From Octopus sinensis (lineage: Eukaryota), in the NCBI RefSeq assembly GCF_006345805.1, contig NC_043018.1, positions 26,226,001-26,290,000 on the forward strand: 64,000 bases of DNA, read 5' to 3'. Position numbers and translations under genes: made by a program. Shown in pieces: positions 26,612-40,399 of the stretch. Below the pieces are notes generated by a model. It was not told the DNA's origin and searched no databases. It was given only the letters and a program-made list of their open reading frames with translations. The first letter of the stretch is position 1, and every line of letters starts with the position of its first letter.

Positions 26612-27989
26612 ATATTTCCCCAATTTATGATATAGTATATATCTTGAAGAAGCATCTTACTTATGATTCCTGTCTTGATAATAAAATATTTTATCTGATA
26701 AATCTTTCGATATAGAATGATAAATAGGATATGCTTAAATGTATTTTAAAACAAATTGCTGACTCGCTTTGTTTTTCCAGAATTTTATCTGATACCACCA
26801 CCACCACACATTCCTATTATAAATGGCTCTGTATTCTATCAATGAGTAATGTCGCTAACAGATTACAGTTAGCAGTATTAGCATTGAATGAGATGGCGAG
26901 TTTGCACGCCAGGAAAAACGCTTAGCAGCAATTCATCCATCTTTACGTTCTGGGTTCAAATTCTGACTGGGTTGGCTTTGCCTTTCATCCTTCTTGGGGG
27001 TCGATAAAACAAGTACCAATTGAGCACTTGGAGTCGATGTAATCGATTTGCTCCCTCTCCCTAATTTGCTGGCTTTGTGCCAAAATTGGAAATTAATATT
27101 TAGCATTGAATAAGGGGCTGAGTTGACAGAATTGTTAGCACGACAGGTGTAATACTTCGTGGCATTTTTGCTTGCTCCCTATGTTTTGAGTTCGAATTCT
27201 GCCAAGGTCAACTTTTGTCTTTAAAAAATAAATGTAAGCTTAAATTCTTGAGTCATACTGACTCATAAGAGCCAGTTTCTCAGTTTCCATGGCATATATA
27301 TTCCTCACCTAGACAGGATGCAAATCCGTTATAGGATTACTCACTTTTGCCAGCTGAGTGGACTGGAACAACATGAAATGAAGTGTTTTGCTTAAGAACA
27401 CAACACGTTGCCTGGTCCAGGAAAAGAAACCACAATCTTACGATCAGGTGTCCAACACCCCTAACCACTAAGCTACACGCCTCCACAGTGTTAGGTATTC
27501 TAGTATAGGACTGCTACATCTAGCATGAAAGCCTTTGATCAAAGGATTACTTGATCAGTACTGACCTAGGGTTAAATGATAACAACACCAGTGAGAGCAC
27601 ATCTGATAAGTTAGTCTTAGGTATGGTTACCTTCCTTCCTTTCTTTTTGAGTCATACTGATCCATAAGGGCAGGTTTCATGGTGTATAAATTCCCCATCT
27701 GGACGGGACGCCAGACCATCAAAGGGTTACTCATTTGTGCCAGCTGAGGGGACTGGAGTAACGTGAAATGAAGTGTTTTGCTCAAGAACACAACACATCA
27801 CCTGGTTGAGGAATCGAAACCACAATCCTACGATCATGAGTCCAACACCCCTAACCACTAAGCCATACACCTCCCTTCATCCTATCAGGTCAGTAAAACA
27901 AGCACCAACCAAGAACTGGGGTTGCTTTAAGGGATACCTTCCCCCTTTCAAAATTGGTAGCCTTGTCCCAAAATTTGAATCAATATCAG

Positions 27990-28610
27990 GGCAGTGAGCT
28001 GGCAGAACCGTTAGCATGCTGGGCAAAATGCTTAGCGGTGTTTCATTGGCTGTTACATTCTGAGTTCAAATTTCACCAAGGTCAACTTTGCCTTTTATCC
28101 TTTCAGGGTCGATTAAATAAGTACCAGTTATGCACTGGTGCTGATATAATCAACTTAATCCCTTTGTCCATCCTTATTTGTCCCTTCTGTGTTTAGACCC
28201 TTGTGGGCAATAAAGAAATAAATATCAGAATCGGAAATTCATTGTTAGCATTGAATAGAGAAACTGATTTTGTTGTTGTTGTTTAGACCTGGGTGAGTCC
28301 TTGTTGAACAAATCTGTAGCCAAAGGCAGCCCAATTATGACTAAACTACCTTTTATTCTGTCCAAAGCCTAAAGCATTCCTATATGCCCTAGCTGGCAGA
28401 AACGTTAGCACATTGGGTGAAATGCGTAGCCATATTTCGTCTGCCGTTACGTTCTGAGTTCAATTTCTGCCGAGGTCGACTTTGCCTTTCATCCTTTCGG
28501 GATCGATAAATTAAGTACCAGTTACGCACTGGAGTCAATGTAATCGACTTAATTCGTTTGTCTTTGTTTGTGCCCTCAGTGTTTAGCCCCTTGTGGGTAG
28601 TAAAGAAATA
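27990..28610 (+). mobile_element. Two SINE family A copies (27990-28220, with aatatcag TSD; 28391-28610)
   Basis: Near-consensus family A sequence; 8-bp direct repeat flanks the first copy. Confidence 0.9.
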
Positions 28611-28980
28611 TATCATTATTATTATTATTATTATTATTACTTAACATAAGTGTGATTTGGAGAATATTTGGCTGCTATTTTTAGCACATTGAGAAATCAT
28701 GTAGCAGCTTGCATTGTTAGTCCATATAAAATTGTTTTTTCTGGAATTCGTAGTAAAACATTGATTCAGTAAAATGTATGGGAGAAAAAAGAAAGAAAAA
28801 AATTCTTGCTTCAAGGCTCAGTGAATTCGTTACGATACTCTGGAGGACAACTTCGTTTACACTCTCTTGTTGTTTCGGGGAATATTTTGTTTCTATCCCT
28901 TTTGTTTTTTGTTTTTGGTTATATACTGCTAATATACCTTTGATATGGAGGCTCTGAAAAATGGTTTTCGGTCTTCATGG

Positions 28981-29026
<46 letters not shown>

Positions 29027-29299
29027 ATAGTCATATGCTTTAAAAATATCAGTTTGAAATCACTGAATGCGTTTAATAACACATATTAAAATATTTGTGA
29101 GTAGGTTACGGTTACATATTGCATTAGTTATTATACCCCAATGATTTAAACAGAGAGAAAGCTTTTATGCGATGTGGCTTCTGTGGATGTCTAGATATAG
29201 CTGCCAAATCTCCCTCATATTAAACTTTAACATTTGAAGTCAAAGCAAGGAGACAGTAACACTGATTTGAACACATCGATACATACATGCATATATATA

Positions 29300-30090
29300 T
29301 ATATCATCATCATCATACGTCTGTTTTCCATGCTGGCATGGGTTGGACAGTTTGACTGAGGTCTGGAAAGCCAGTGGCTGCACCAAGCTCCAATCTGATC
29401 TGACAATGTTTCTACAGCTGGATGCCCTTCCTAACACCGACCACTCCAAGAGTGTAGTGTGTGCTTATTACATTCCACCGGCACAGGAACCAGTCAGGGC
29501 ACTATCATCAGCCCTGTTTGGATGGTGCTTTTTGTGTTCCACTGGCACGAGAGCCAATCAGGCAGGCGTGACATTCATCATGTTCGGATAGTGCTTTTTA
29601 CATGCCGCCGGTATGAGAGCCAGTCAATGGGCACTAGCATTGGCCACATTTGGATAGTGTTTTTTACATGCCACCGGTATGGGAGCCAGTCAAGGGGCAC
29701 TAGCATTGACCACATTTGGATGGTGCTTTTTACGTGCCACCAGCACAGGAGCCAGTCAGGCAGACCTGGCATCAACCATGTTCAGATGGTGCTTTTTATG
29801 TGCCATCAGCACTGAAGCCAGTCAGGGGGCACTGACATCGACCATGTTTGGATGGTGCATTTTATGTGTCACTGGAACAGGAGCCAGTCAGTGGGCACTG
29901 GCCACTGCTATAATTTTGGTTTTACTTGACTCAACAGGTCTTCTCAAGCATATCATATTGCCCGACACATCAAGAATACTTTTAAATGGGCCAGACATGC
30001 AACACTGGCATCGGCCATGGCTGCAATCTCACTTTCGTTGCCGGTCTTCTCAATCCCAGCATATCTCCAAAGGTCTCGGTCTCCTGTCAT
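29300..30090 (-). mobile_element. Retroposon family B with about seven internal units
   Basis: Same motifs as 20385-21210. Confidence 0.85.
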
Positions 30091-30942
30091 TCTATTAAAG
30101 TTGCAACATTATCACAAGTCTGTTACACAGAGTTTCATGTTCCCATTCTTTGGACATATATATTTTATTTATACACACATATACACAATAGGCTTCTTTC
30201 AGTTTCCGTCTACCAAATCCACTTGCAAAGTTTTGGTCTGCCTGGGTCTGTAGTAGAAGATGCCTGTGTGGTTAGAAAGCAAATTTTTTTTACATTGGGT
30301 AATATAAACTTTGATGTATTTAATGTTATTCTGATGCCACATAAAAGGCACTGGTGATGGTGCCATGTAAAAAGCACCCAGTTCCCTTTGTAAAGTGGTT
30401 GTCACTAAGAAAGGCATCCAGCTGTAGAAACTGAGCCAAAACGGACAATGAAACCTGGTGCAGAGCCAGGCCTTGCCAGCTTTTACTAAACTATCCAACC
30501 CACCCATGCCAGCAAGGAAAATGGACTTCAAATAATAGTGATTTCTGTTCATGAAATTGCTATAAAAATATATCAATTAGTTTTACTAATGTAGTAGTAA
30601 TAGGTAATGAGCCCTAGGGGTCATAAGGCTGGAGCTTAACCTAATTTCTGAAGCATATAAGTGACTGAGATTACACGCCCCCCCCACCCCGCCCCTTCCA
30701 CCACCTCCCGGAATGGAATACCCTTCCATTGTAGGGTTTAACTTCCCAAGTGTTATCGAAACACATTTACAGCTGAGTGGACTGTAACGACATGAAATGA
30801 AGCACTTTGTTTCATTTAGTAATGTAGCCGAAAAAAAGAAAAAGAAAAGGAAAAACTTATTTGAAATTTCTTCTGAGAGAATGCAGGAATGTCTATGAAT
30901 GACATAAACCATTTACCAATTTCTCTAATTTTATTTTCGCAG

Positions 30943-30988
30943 TATGATTCGATACAAGATCAACAAAGAAGACAGACTTACTCCCAGT
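30943..30988 (+). CDS. unc-13: unc-13 exon YDSIQDQQRRQTYSQ(S), phase 0-1
   Basis: ctaattttattttcgcag|TATGAT...CCCAGT|gtaagt; 46 nt. Bridges the phase-0 end of 26315 to the phase-1 start of 55681, giving the conserved SG(M/L)SEDSD junction. Confidence 0.85.
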
Positions 30989-31407
30989 GTAAGTAAATTC
31001 CAGAAAATTCTTCCAGTTCTTTATTTCTCCGTGTAATTTTGTCTCCCCAATCCCCAAATTTATTTCAATGATTTGTTCTTGCAGAAGTTCTCATATTCAA
31101 ATTTAGTTCAATATACATATGTGTATACAAAAGAGTTTTTCTCAATTGCCATAACGTAATGGATGTATATGTATATATGTATGTATGTATGTATATACAA
31201 GAGGGTGCTAACATGTCCCTGGCTTTAAGGGTGCCGTGAAAGTACTGGTCAGAAGCCCAACCTTTCAAATTATTTTACAGGACTCAGAAAAACTGAAGAA
31301 CCACTGCAATAAGTGAATCTGAGGGGGGAATGTATTCAATAAAATCATAATTAAATGATCCTCCTGTATTTTCTTTTGCCCAAAGCCAGGAACTTTTCAG
31401 CACCCAC

Positions 31408-31446
<39 letters not shown>

Positions 31447-32367
31447 TATTTACGTATATATAAATAAACATACATGTATATGCATTTGTTATTCATTTAT
31501 TTTTTTACTGGTTTCATTGGACTGTGGTCAACTTAGGGGTTTCTGTCTTGAAGGGTTTTTGTTCATTCCTAATCAACGTTCCCCCCCACCACCACTCTTA
31601 CTTATTTCAGTCCGTACTTATATTATTGATCTCTGTCTATTGATCTACTAAATTGCAGCTTCTGATGTAATGAAACACAAGTCAGTTCCTGTGTTAAAAC
31701 CATTCCCCCACCACACACACATGCACACACACACACACACACACGCACCACGCACACACACACACACACGCACCACACACACACAAAACATAGACATATG
31801 CACATTTACAAACGCTCACATAGTCTTATATTCTTAAGATGCACATGCACTTGCACACATCTAAACACATGCACATTGCATTTCATTGGCAACGTGGTTA
31901 TTCAGTTAAGTGCATATACATACATACATACATAGATTTTTTTTCTCACATCACTATTTATTCATACATGCACACTTCCTTGCATGTGTGCACAATTACT
32001 TGTGCATGTGAATTCACTCACAAACACACGAGCATGATCGCAGATACACACACTTATTTGCACTCACTTGATCTCAAAAGTCAATCGGTGTTTTTCTTTT
32101 TTTTTTTTGTTTTTTTGCTCTCTCACCTGTTTCTTTACACACATGCGCACGTATCCGTACACCTGTGCACATGCATTCACATAGCCATGCATGCACGATT
32201 ATATAGTTATTCACACACACACACACCTGCACATGCACATAAACACCCACATGTAAGCACACTCACAATCATTCATGCACTTCACATATGTATACATGCA
32301 CACACACACACACAGATAAATAGATAGACAGATACACTGTATATCGATCTATTTATGTTTTATGTAT

Positions 32368-32412
<45 letters not shown>

Positions 32413-32422
32413 ATTTATATAT

Positions 32423-32473
<51 letters not shown>

Positions 32474-32543
32474 ATGTATGTACATTATATATATTATATG
32501 CATATATATGCATATATATATATGTATATATATATATGTGTGT

Positions 32544-32625
32544 GGAGGCGCAATGGCCTAGTGGTTAGGGCAGCGGACGCGCGGTCGCAGGATCGCGGTT
32601 TCGATTCCCAGACCGGGCGTTGTGA
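32544..32625 (+). mobile_element. CpG-rich tRNA-like SINE head (family E), truncated by microsatellite
   Basis: GGAGGCGCAATGGCCTAGTGGTTAGGGCAGCGGAC...GGTTTCGATTCCC: A and B boxes; homologous to the head of the SINE at 46165-46443. Confidence 0.8.
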
Positions 32626-34689
32626 GTGTCACGTGATATATATGTGTGTGTGTATATATGTGTGTGTGTTTTTATATATATATATGTATGTACACACACA
32701 CACACACACGTGCATATATATATATATATATATATACACATATGTATGTATGTATATATATATATATGTCTTCATGTTCAAATTCCTCCGTGGTTGACTT
32801 TGCCTTTCATCCTTTCAGGGTTGATAAAATAAGCACCAGTTGAACACTGGGGTCGATGTAATCGACTGCTCCCCCCCATCTCCACTCGCCCGTCCACCAA
32901 AATTCTTGGCCTTGTGTCAAAATTTAAAATCAGTATTAGGAACTAAAAACTCTTGAAGGTGAAGCACCAGTTTGGCCACAATCCAAAGACTAAAACTATT
33001 AAAAAAAATTTTTTTTTATATATATAATTATAATTGTAAATACTTTTGAATTCTGTTTCACTAATTAGCAGCAGTGCCCCAGTATGGCCACAGCTCTTGA
33101 GCTGATACTAGTGAAGGGGAAAAAAATCAAAAAAAAATTATGTCTAAGTCAGAACTGAAATATCTAAAGTTGCAACCATATTTGCCCCTGCTTCTAAATA
33201 TTAGTAATATTAATATAGAAGGCTAAAATATTAAAATATCACGTAGACTTCCTCCTTTCTTAGTTATAGTCCTTGATATCTAACTCAGAGAATAGCACAA
33301 TAAGGATTGAATGAATTTGTTTGCCTTAAATCAATGGAAAAATTTTAAAGAATATCATGAAATTTCTTGAGAGAAATTAAAAACCATGTTAGATTTTATA
33401 TTTGAAAGTTTAATTTGTTTTGTAATTAGTGAACAAAAACCAGCAAAAGTTATTTTTACTAAATTGAAGCTAATTCTATTCTAGTTTGCCCATTTAAACT
33501 TATTAATTAACTTAAAATATAATCTTTCTAAACTTTTACTATTTAACATACATAGCTTAGAAGTTAACAAAATTTTGTTTTAGTGTTTACAGCATATGCT
33601 ATTTAGCTGTTTGTAATTTAGATTAAAGAATATTTTATTATTTCTTTCACTATTCTAACTCATATTTTTGTTTCATTGGCTCTTTTGGAATAATTATTGG
33701 CAATTATAATTTTTGAAGTGAACTAAAATGGTTGTTCTTGGCTAGCATTAAAATACAATCATTTAGTTTCGGACATATGTTAGTTTTCTTTATGTGTTTC
33801 GTTTATTTTCTCTAATTATATATGATTTTTAGAAATATTTTAACTAACAAACGGTAATCAGCATGTGTTCCACTCCTAAATAACAACAGAGTGGTTTCTG
33901 ATTGGAAGGCATTCAGATGTGAACATTTCTTCCAACAAATAAACCATTAATAAACCTTTCCACTGAAGCAAGAATGGTAAAAATTAAATTTAAAAGCGTA
34001 GGCGAAAAATATAAACATTTTCCTTCGTCGAAGGAACCCTCTTTTACTCTGTCAATGTTGTGTTTGGTATGCTGAATCCAATATTTGATGTGCCATGGAA
34101 TTACTCCGTTCTGTGGCCAAGTACCATCTCTGCCAAAAGCTAAAGGTTGACCATAGTTAATGACTTCATACACTTAACCATTTTGCATTTAAACAAGTCG
34201 TATCCAGTCCAAATATTTTATCACTATTTTGTTCAAACCAACCAGATCCAGTCTTTCAAACCTACCCTGCAATGTAAAAACGAATAATCACATCATGAAA
34301 ATCTCAAACCTATGAGATAATATGGGATTAATTCAAAACAATATGAATAAATAATCCTCACATTTGACAGAGACATTCTGAATGCTTTTGGATAAAGCTT
34401 GATTCAAAATAAGTTTTGTTTCCTGTCATTGATATGTTGTTTCTAGTATTTATTCAGTGACCACCACCCATTTTTTCTGCCAAAAAAAAAAGCAAAAAGA
34501 GAAGTGTAGTGAATGAAAGTTCAACTCTATATCAATGGTCATCTATCCATCCATCCGTGTCAGGTGACTTGCACAAACCAATGTAACAATTCTATGCCAG
34601 ACGTCTCAATCAGTCGGTGAAGCATGAACGTCTGGCCTGGGTTTTAGTCACAATAGTCTTTCACTACCTGAAATACCTTATCCGTTCAT

Positions 34690-35075
34690 GCCATCAGAGC
34701 GGATGATAGCAGCAGTTTGCTAACTGAACTGAGGATAAAGACCCCTTCAATCGTGAATGTCCATGACATTGCACCTAGAAAGTTCCCCTCCGAAGCACAA
34801 GTCCAAGCAAGGTTGTTTATGGAAGATTAGCAGTCACCCGGGCATACCAGCCTCCCCCTCTCCATGCCACTGATGTTATCTAAGCAATAGGTAAACACCA
34901 ATACAGCTTGGCACCAATGATGTCACAACTCATTTCTATAGCTGGGTGAACTGGAGCAACATGAAATAAAGTGTCTTGCTCCAGAACACAGCACACAGCC
35001 CAGTCCAGGAACCGAACTTGCAACCTTGCAATTATAAGCTCAATACCCTTATTATGAACCATATGTCTTCACACA
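34690..35075 (-). mobile_element. Same SINE family as 1098-1420, opposite strand
   Basis: Reverse complement aligns over about 300 nt (e.g. gcacctagaaag, ttggcacca, ctggagcaacatgaaat, agtgtcttgctc). Confidence 0.8.
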
Positions 35076-35109
35076 ATATGTGTAACATAATATATATCTA
35101 AATTTTTTT

Positions 35110-35143
<34 letters not shown>

Positions 35144-35146
35144 CTA

Positions 35147-35177
<31 letters not shown>

Positions 35178-37584
35178 TTATTTATTTATTTATTTTCAAA
35201 GTTGTAAGATTTTTCAGTTTTCCCCTGTTTCCATTTAAGTGTTAAAAAGTATTTACATATTAAAGGATTATTCTTGTTTAGTATGTTACTGTTAAATGGA
35301 GTTAAATAATGACTATGTCAAGGGAAATTATTTCTTGTTGCTAATCAATACATAATCTGCAAGGATATTTTGTTGAAAAACTCTAGTGGCCATAACTTGT
35401 CAATAAAGCTTGTCAAAAGCATTACATTTAAACTCTTAGGCAACACATATTCTGCTGAGATTGTCATCTTAACTGAAAATGAAATATAATTCTTCTTTAC
35501 AATTAAATAAACGGTGTTAGAAAGCGTTTATATTCAACAGATGTTCACAAAAATGTGGAAATCTCTAACTCAGAGAAAATATTACAGCGATATAATAGAC
35601 ATAATACATATTGTGAAACTGTGTGTATGTATGTGTGTGTGCATTATATATGAATAAAAATGTGTGAGTGTGTGTGTGTGTGTACACCAGAGAATTTTGT
35701 TTCAAATTCAGATTTGAAATCAATATTCTACATAATTACAAATATATTAGTTTTCTCATTTTGTTTTTTTTTTTTGCTTATTAGTAATAATAATACATTC
35801 ATACATGCATGTATGCATTTATGTGTACACACACACACACACATACATACATACATATATTGTAAATATGTATATTTATATATTCAACATTAATAAACAC
35901 CCGATAACTGTTATAAGATAATTTTAAATAAGCACTTGACCAATTATAAAAGGAAGTTCATGGGTTTGGAAATGGTTGTGAGATCTGGGAAGAAGAGGAT
36001 ACAAATGTTTGTGGATTGACCCTTGCTCTGTAAAAGAATTTCTCCGCCATATAAATTATTTGTCTTAAAATAACAGATTCCTCTTCTTGCCATGCTACAC
36101 AAACTTAATCCAAACTACTCAAACTTCACTGTTTCACATAGTGCCACCAAAATCCTTGAGTTCTGGTTTTTAACTCAACCAACTAGCTTGGCCATTTATT
36201 GTGTTGTTGCATGTTTTAGAAATTCTTTGCGAAAATTATTTTTGTTTACAATTTTGGCTGATTTAAGCACATGCCTTACGTGTGATGTAATGCTTTTAAT
36301 ATGCATTTAAAACTCAAGCTTGTTTAAATTTACAAAATTAACTGCAGTTTTGAATTTAATGGAACATATCCATATTTCAGCCAAATTTTCTAGCATACAA
36401 GTTAATGTAGTATTTAGTGTAAAACATGTTATGTAAGCATTCAGACTTTATCACCGTCATTTGAAATCCTGCTTGCTGCATTGCACATGGAACTTTTGGT
36501 CTTCCAGAGTTGACTTGGTGTTTAAATTGACCTGCCATTTGTTTGGCTGTATATTTTGGTCTACACAATTTGACTTGTTTGCTCGAAAATTTGGTAGTTT
36601 AAATGCTGTGTGACATTTGATGAGTGCACAGAATCAGTTATTTGACATGGTTTATTGCTAGTTTATGACTACATGCATTCCTTGGTTTACAAACATTCGA
36701 AAGCAGAAAAAAAAAACATTTTGCTATATTTTTCTTTCTTTCATTTCTGTGGTTTAATTGTCTTTTAGAAAAGGAACACATGATTTATCTTTTAATTGTA
36801 GATGTAAACATATATATATAATGATCTAAATGCTTAGCTTTTAATCTTTTTTCATTTTCTCTTTTTCTTTTTTTGCTTCTCCAAGCTAAAAACATTAAAA
36901 GATTATAAAGATATATTTGCTGACTCAAAATCACAAATATAGTGTTTTCAGTCTGTTATCTGTCATATTCATAAGCACTCTATGAACTTAGAATATGTGA
37001 TTAAATATGCTATGTCTTTTGGCTGTCAAATTAAGTTTTTAGAAAAATTCACTTACTTTTGCATGAGCCATTAGACATGTTTTTTTTTCTTTCCTAATTT
37101 AAAATTTTTTGCATTGCTCAGTTTCTTTATGAATTTAACAAAGAAATAAATTGAATATTCTCAAATGTAAAAATAATTTTTTGGGAAGAAAAAATAAAAA
37201 AAAAGATAAAATACACAATCTATACGTATCTTCAAATGTAAGAAATAAAAACATAAATGAGTAAATAGATAAATTAGTTATTTTAAGCTTTTAACTTGAA
37301 AATGTGTTTGAAAAAATTTATTTTTTAAAGTTTGGAAATAACGAAATTGTTTTTTTTTAAATTTCGGAATTATTAAATTATAAATCAAATAAATTAGGAT
37401 AGTTAATAAAAAAAAAAAATAATAAACAAACCACAACATATTGATAGGAGCTAATATAATTATATGATACTTTTTGTGTCACGGCAGAGGGGGAAAGCTT
37501 TCTAAAATCATTCTGTTTATAGATTGAACACCAATAGACAATTTAGTTGTCCATTATTGATCTGTGGAAGGTTTGCTTTTCCAG

Positions 37585-37698
37585 TTTCACCACTTATGGC
37601 TGGTCACAGTCTAAACTCATCACTTAACAGTGATGAACATTTAGGCCAAGATAATCTACTCAACTGTTCGAAGGAGACAGTTGGCCGTCCTTTACCAA
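37585..37698 (+). CDS. Candidate 114-nt cassette exon (F)SPLMAGHSLNSSLNSDEHLGQDNLLNCSKETVGRPLP, phase 1-1
   Basis: gtttgcttttccag|TTTCAC...TTACCAA|gtaaga; open in the required phase, length a multiple of 3, GC-richer than flanks. No homology support. Confidence 0.45.
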
Positions 37699-38040
37699 GT
37701 AAGATAACATGAGTCGATATTACACGCAACCGACTGTCTCAATTCCTGTCAGACTATATGTGATCCTCCAATGTAATGTTTGTGTATCAATAAGTGACCC
37801 TTGTTGTCTTTAACTGTCCATTCGATGAGGTCTTTTCACACTACAGTTTTAAATTATGAATTGTTACAAACCTGTGTCCCTACCTCTGAGAAAAAAAAAA
37901 TGCAAAGAAAAAATCTTGAAACTACTGACATGCTGTTAAATGTTTATTTATTTTAGGTTAATATTTCTTAATAATGATAATCATAAATAATAAGAATGAT
38001 GGTGATGATGATGATGATGATAATAATAATGATAATAATG

Positions 38041-38074
<34 letters not shown>

Positions 38075-38799
38075 TAATAATGGGAATGATAGCAAAAGGG
38101 GCTGATTGCTACCTAACTCAGATACAAGGAAACCCCTAAATGGCAGAAATTCAAAAGATAGTGCTCATGGGAACTGCTCATATCCTACGCAAAATACTTT
38201 CTATGTAATCTCAAGTTTTAAAACAAACATAATTTTCGTATTTTTTTTCTTTTCTTTTTTCTTTTTCTTTCTTTTTTTTTCTAGACATTCACTAGTACAA
38301 CACCAAAAAAACCCCCAAATATATGGCACACTAGGCATAACAACAACATGAACTTCCAACCTGTTGTCTCTTGAGGTCTCTGGGTGAGACTTGGAGCCAA
38401 CTTGTACAAATATAAAGCAAAAGTCAAACATAGAATAATAATAATAATAATAATAATAATTATGGTTTCAAATTTTACCACAAGGGCAGGAATTTAGGGG
38501 GAAGCGATGAGTCAATTACATCAACCCCAGTGTTCAACTAGTACTTATTTTATTGACCTTGAAAGAATGAAAGGCAAAGTGAACCTCAGTGTAATTTGAA
38601 CTCAGAACATAAAGACAGATGAAATGCTGCTAAGCATTTTGCCTGGCATTCTAACAATTAATAATATTAATAATAATAATGTGCTGTTTATCTTGATCAC
38701 CATGTTGCACACAAATGGTTGTGATGCATGTGCCTGGTGTACCTTTATCAGGCGAACAGTCATGATGGTTATATTGGGTTTTATATATTTGTACTCCCA

Positions 38800-39029
38800 C
38801 GGCGGCGAGCTGGCAGACATGTTAGCGTGCTGGGCGAAGTGCTTAGCGGTACTTCATTTGCCGTTACGTTCTGAGTTCAAATTCTGCTGAGGTCAACTTT
38901 GCCTTTCATCCTTTCAGGGTCGATTAAATAAGTACCAGTTACGCACCGGGGTCGATGTAATCGACTTACTCCCTTTGTCTGTCCTTGTTTTTCCCCTCTG
39001 TGTTTAGCCCCTTGTGGGTAGTAAAGAAA
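38800..39029 (+). mobile_element. Full-length SINE family A with 18-bp TSD, nested in an older repeat
   Basis: tatatatttgtactccca at 38782-38799 and 39030-39047. Confidence 0.92.
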
Positions 39030-39509
39030 TATATATTTGTACTCCCATGTCACTTTGATGGAATGTGCTGCTCTCTCACTCAATAATAATAATTGTTTCT
39101 ACTATAGGCACAAGATCTGAAATTTTGGGGAAGGGGAAAAATTGATTACACCGACCCCAGCGCTCAACTGGTACTCATTTCATTGACCCCGAAAAGGATA
39201 AAAAGTGGGATCAACCTCTGTGTAAATTGAACCACTGGTCCCTCTAATGGATCAACATTTGGCAGGCTCTCCTCCTCCCATTCATTCTCCACGTTCAGCA
39301 GTCTTTCATAATAGCTTCTTGAAGTCTCTTTCTTTTCCGAATCATTAAAAGCAAGTGCCTCATCATCCATGCTGACACATTTCCCTCCTGTGACATCACA
39401 ATTTTCTCTCACACACTGTCTTGCAATCCAAAATACATCAGTTCTTTGATCCTCACGTCACTGGATATTAGCAAACTTCTTTTCTGCTTTGCCCTTGCTA
39501 TATATACCT

Positions 39510-39782
39510 GTTGATGATGTATGTATATACATATACACATACACACATATATATATATATATATATATAGAAGTAAATATATGGCACAATGAAGTACCGA
39601 TATTTATATATATATATATACATGTATATATATGTATATTCATATGTATATGTATGTGTGTGTATATGTGTGTATATATGTGTATGTGTATATGTGTGTG
39701 TGTATATATATATATATATATGCATACATATGTATATAAATATACATATGTATATATATGTATATATATGTATATATATATC

Positions 39783-39816
<34 letters not shown>

Positions 39817-40015
39817 ATATATATATATATATGCATACATATGTATATATATGTATATACATATACATATGTGTATAAATATATATATATATATGCATAC
39901 ATATGTATATATATGTATATACATATACATATGTATATAAATATACATATGTATATGTATTCACACACATGTATGCATGTGTATATGTACATGCATGCAT
40001 GTATGTATACATTTA
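39510..40015. repeat. Compound (AT)n/(ATAC)n microsatellite
   Basis: Direct inspection. Confidence 0.95.
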
Positions 40016-40384
40016 CTTACTGATCATCAACTCAATAGTGATCATATTTCTACCAAGTTATCTTCCAAAGCATTCTAATTATTATTCAATATAATCAACA
40101 ATTTTAAAGTACTTTACTGTCCTATCTGTAACTTGAAGTTTCAGCATATACTTGTGTTGACTAACTGAAATCTCATATTAATGTTAATCTCATGTCATAA
40201 GATTTTAACCCAAAATTTCCATTCAAACACGAACACTTTAGAGTGAGTGGTCTCAGGTGTGTTAGTGAAAGTATTATTCCATGTTGTGTGCATCGTTCTT
40301 AGATATATATATATATATAGAGAGAGAGAGAGCATTTTCAAGAATTCCTTTCTTTAAATGACAAAGTTAGTTACATTTGTTCAG

Positions 40385-40399
40385 GATGGTGGAACACAA
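40385..40399 (+). CDS. Candidate 15-nt microexon (R)WWNT(x), phase 1-1
   Basis: ttacatttgttcag|GATGGTGGAACACAA|gtaagc. The junction codon is AGA after exon 37698 but TGA after exon 30988. Confidence 0.4.

Noticed and set aside
32544-32625. Possible tRNA gene
   Set aside because: Has A/B boxes but no convincing cloverleaf or acceptor stem, and matches the head of the SINE at 46165-46443.
33913-34173. 86-aa minus-strand ORF of ordinary complexity
   Set aside because: No recognisable domain, no splice context, and no compatible + strand exon.
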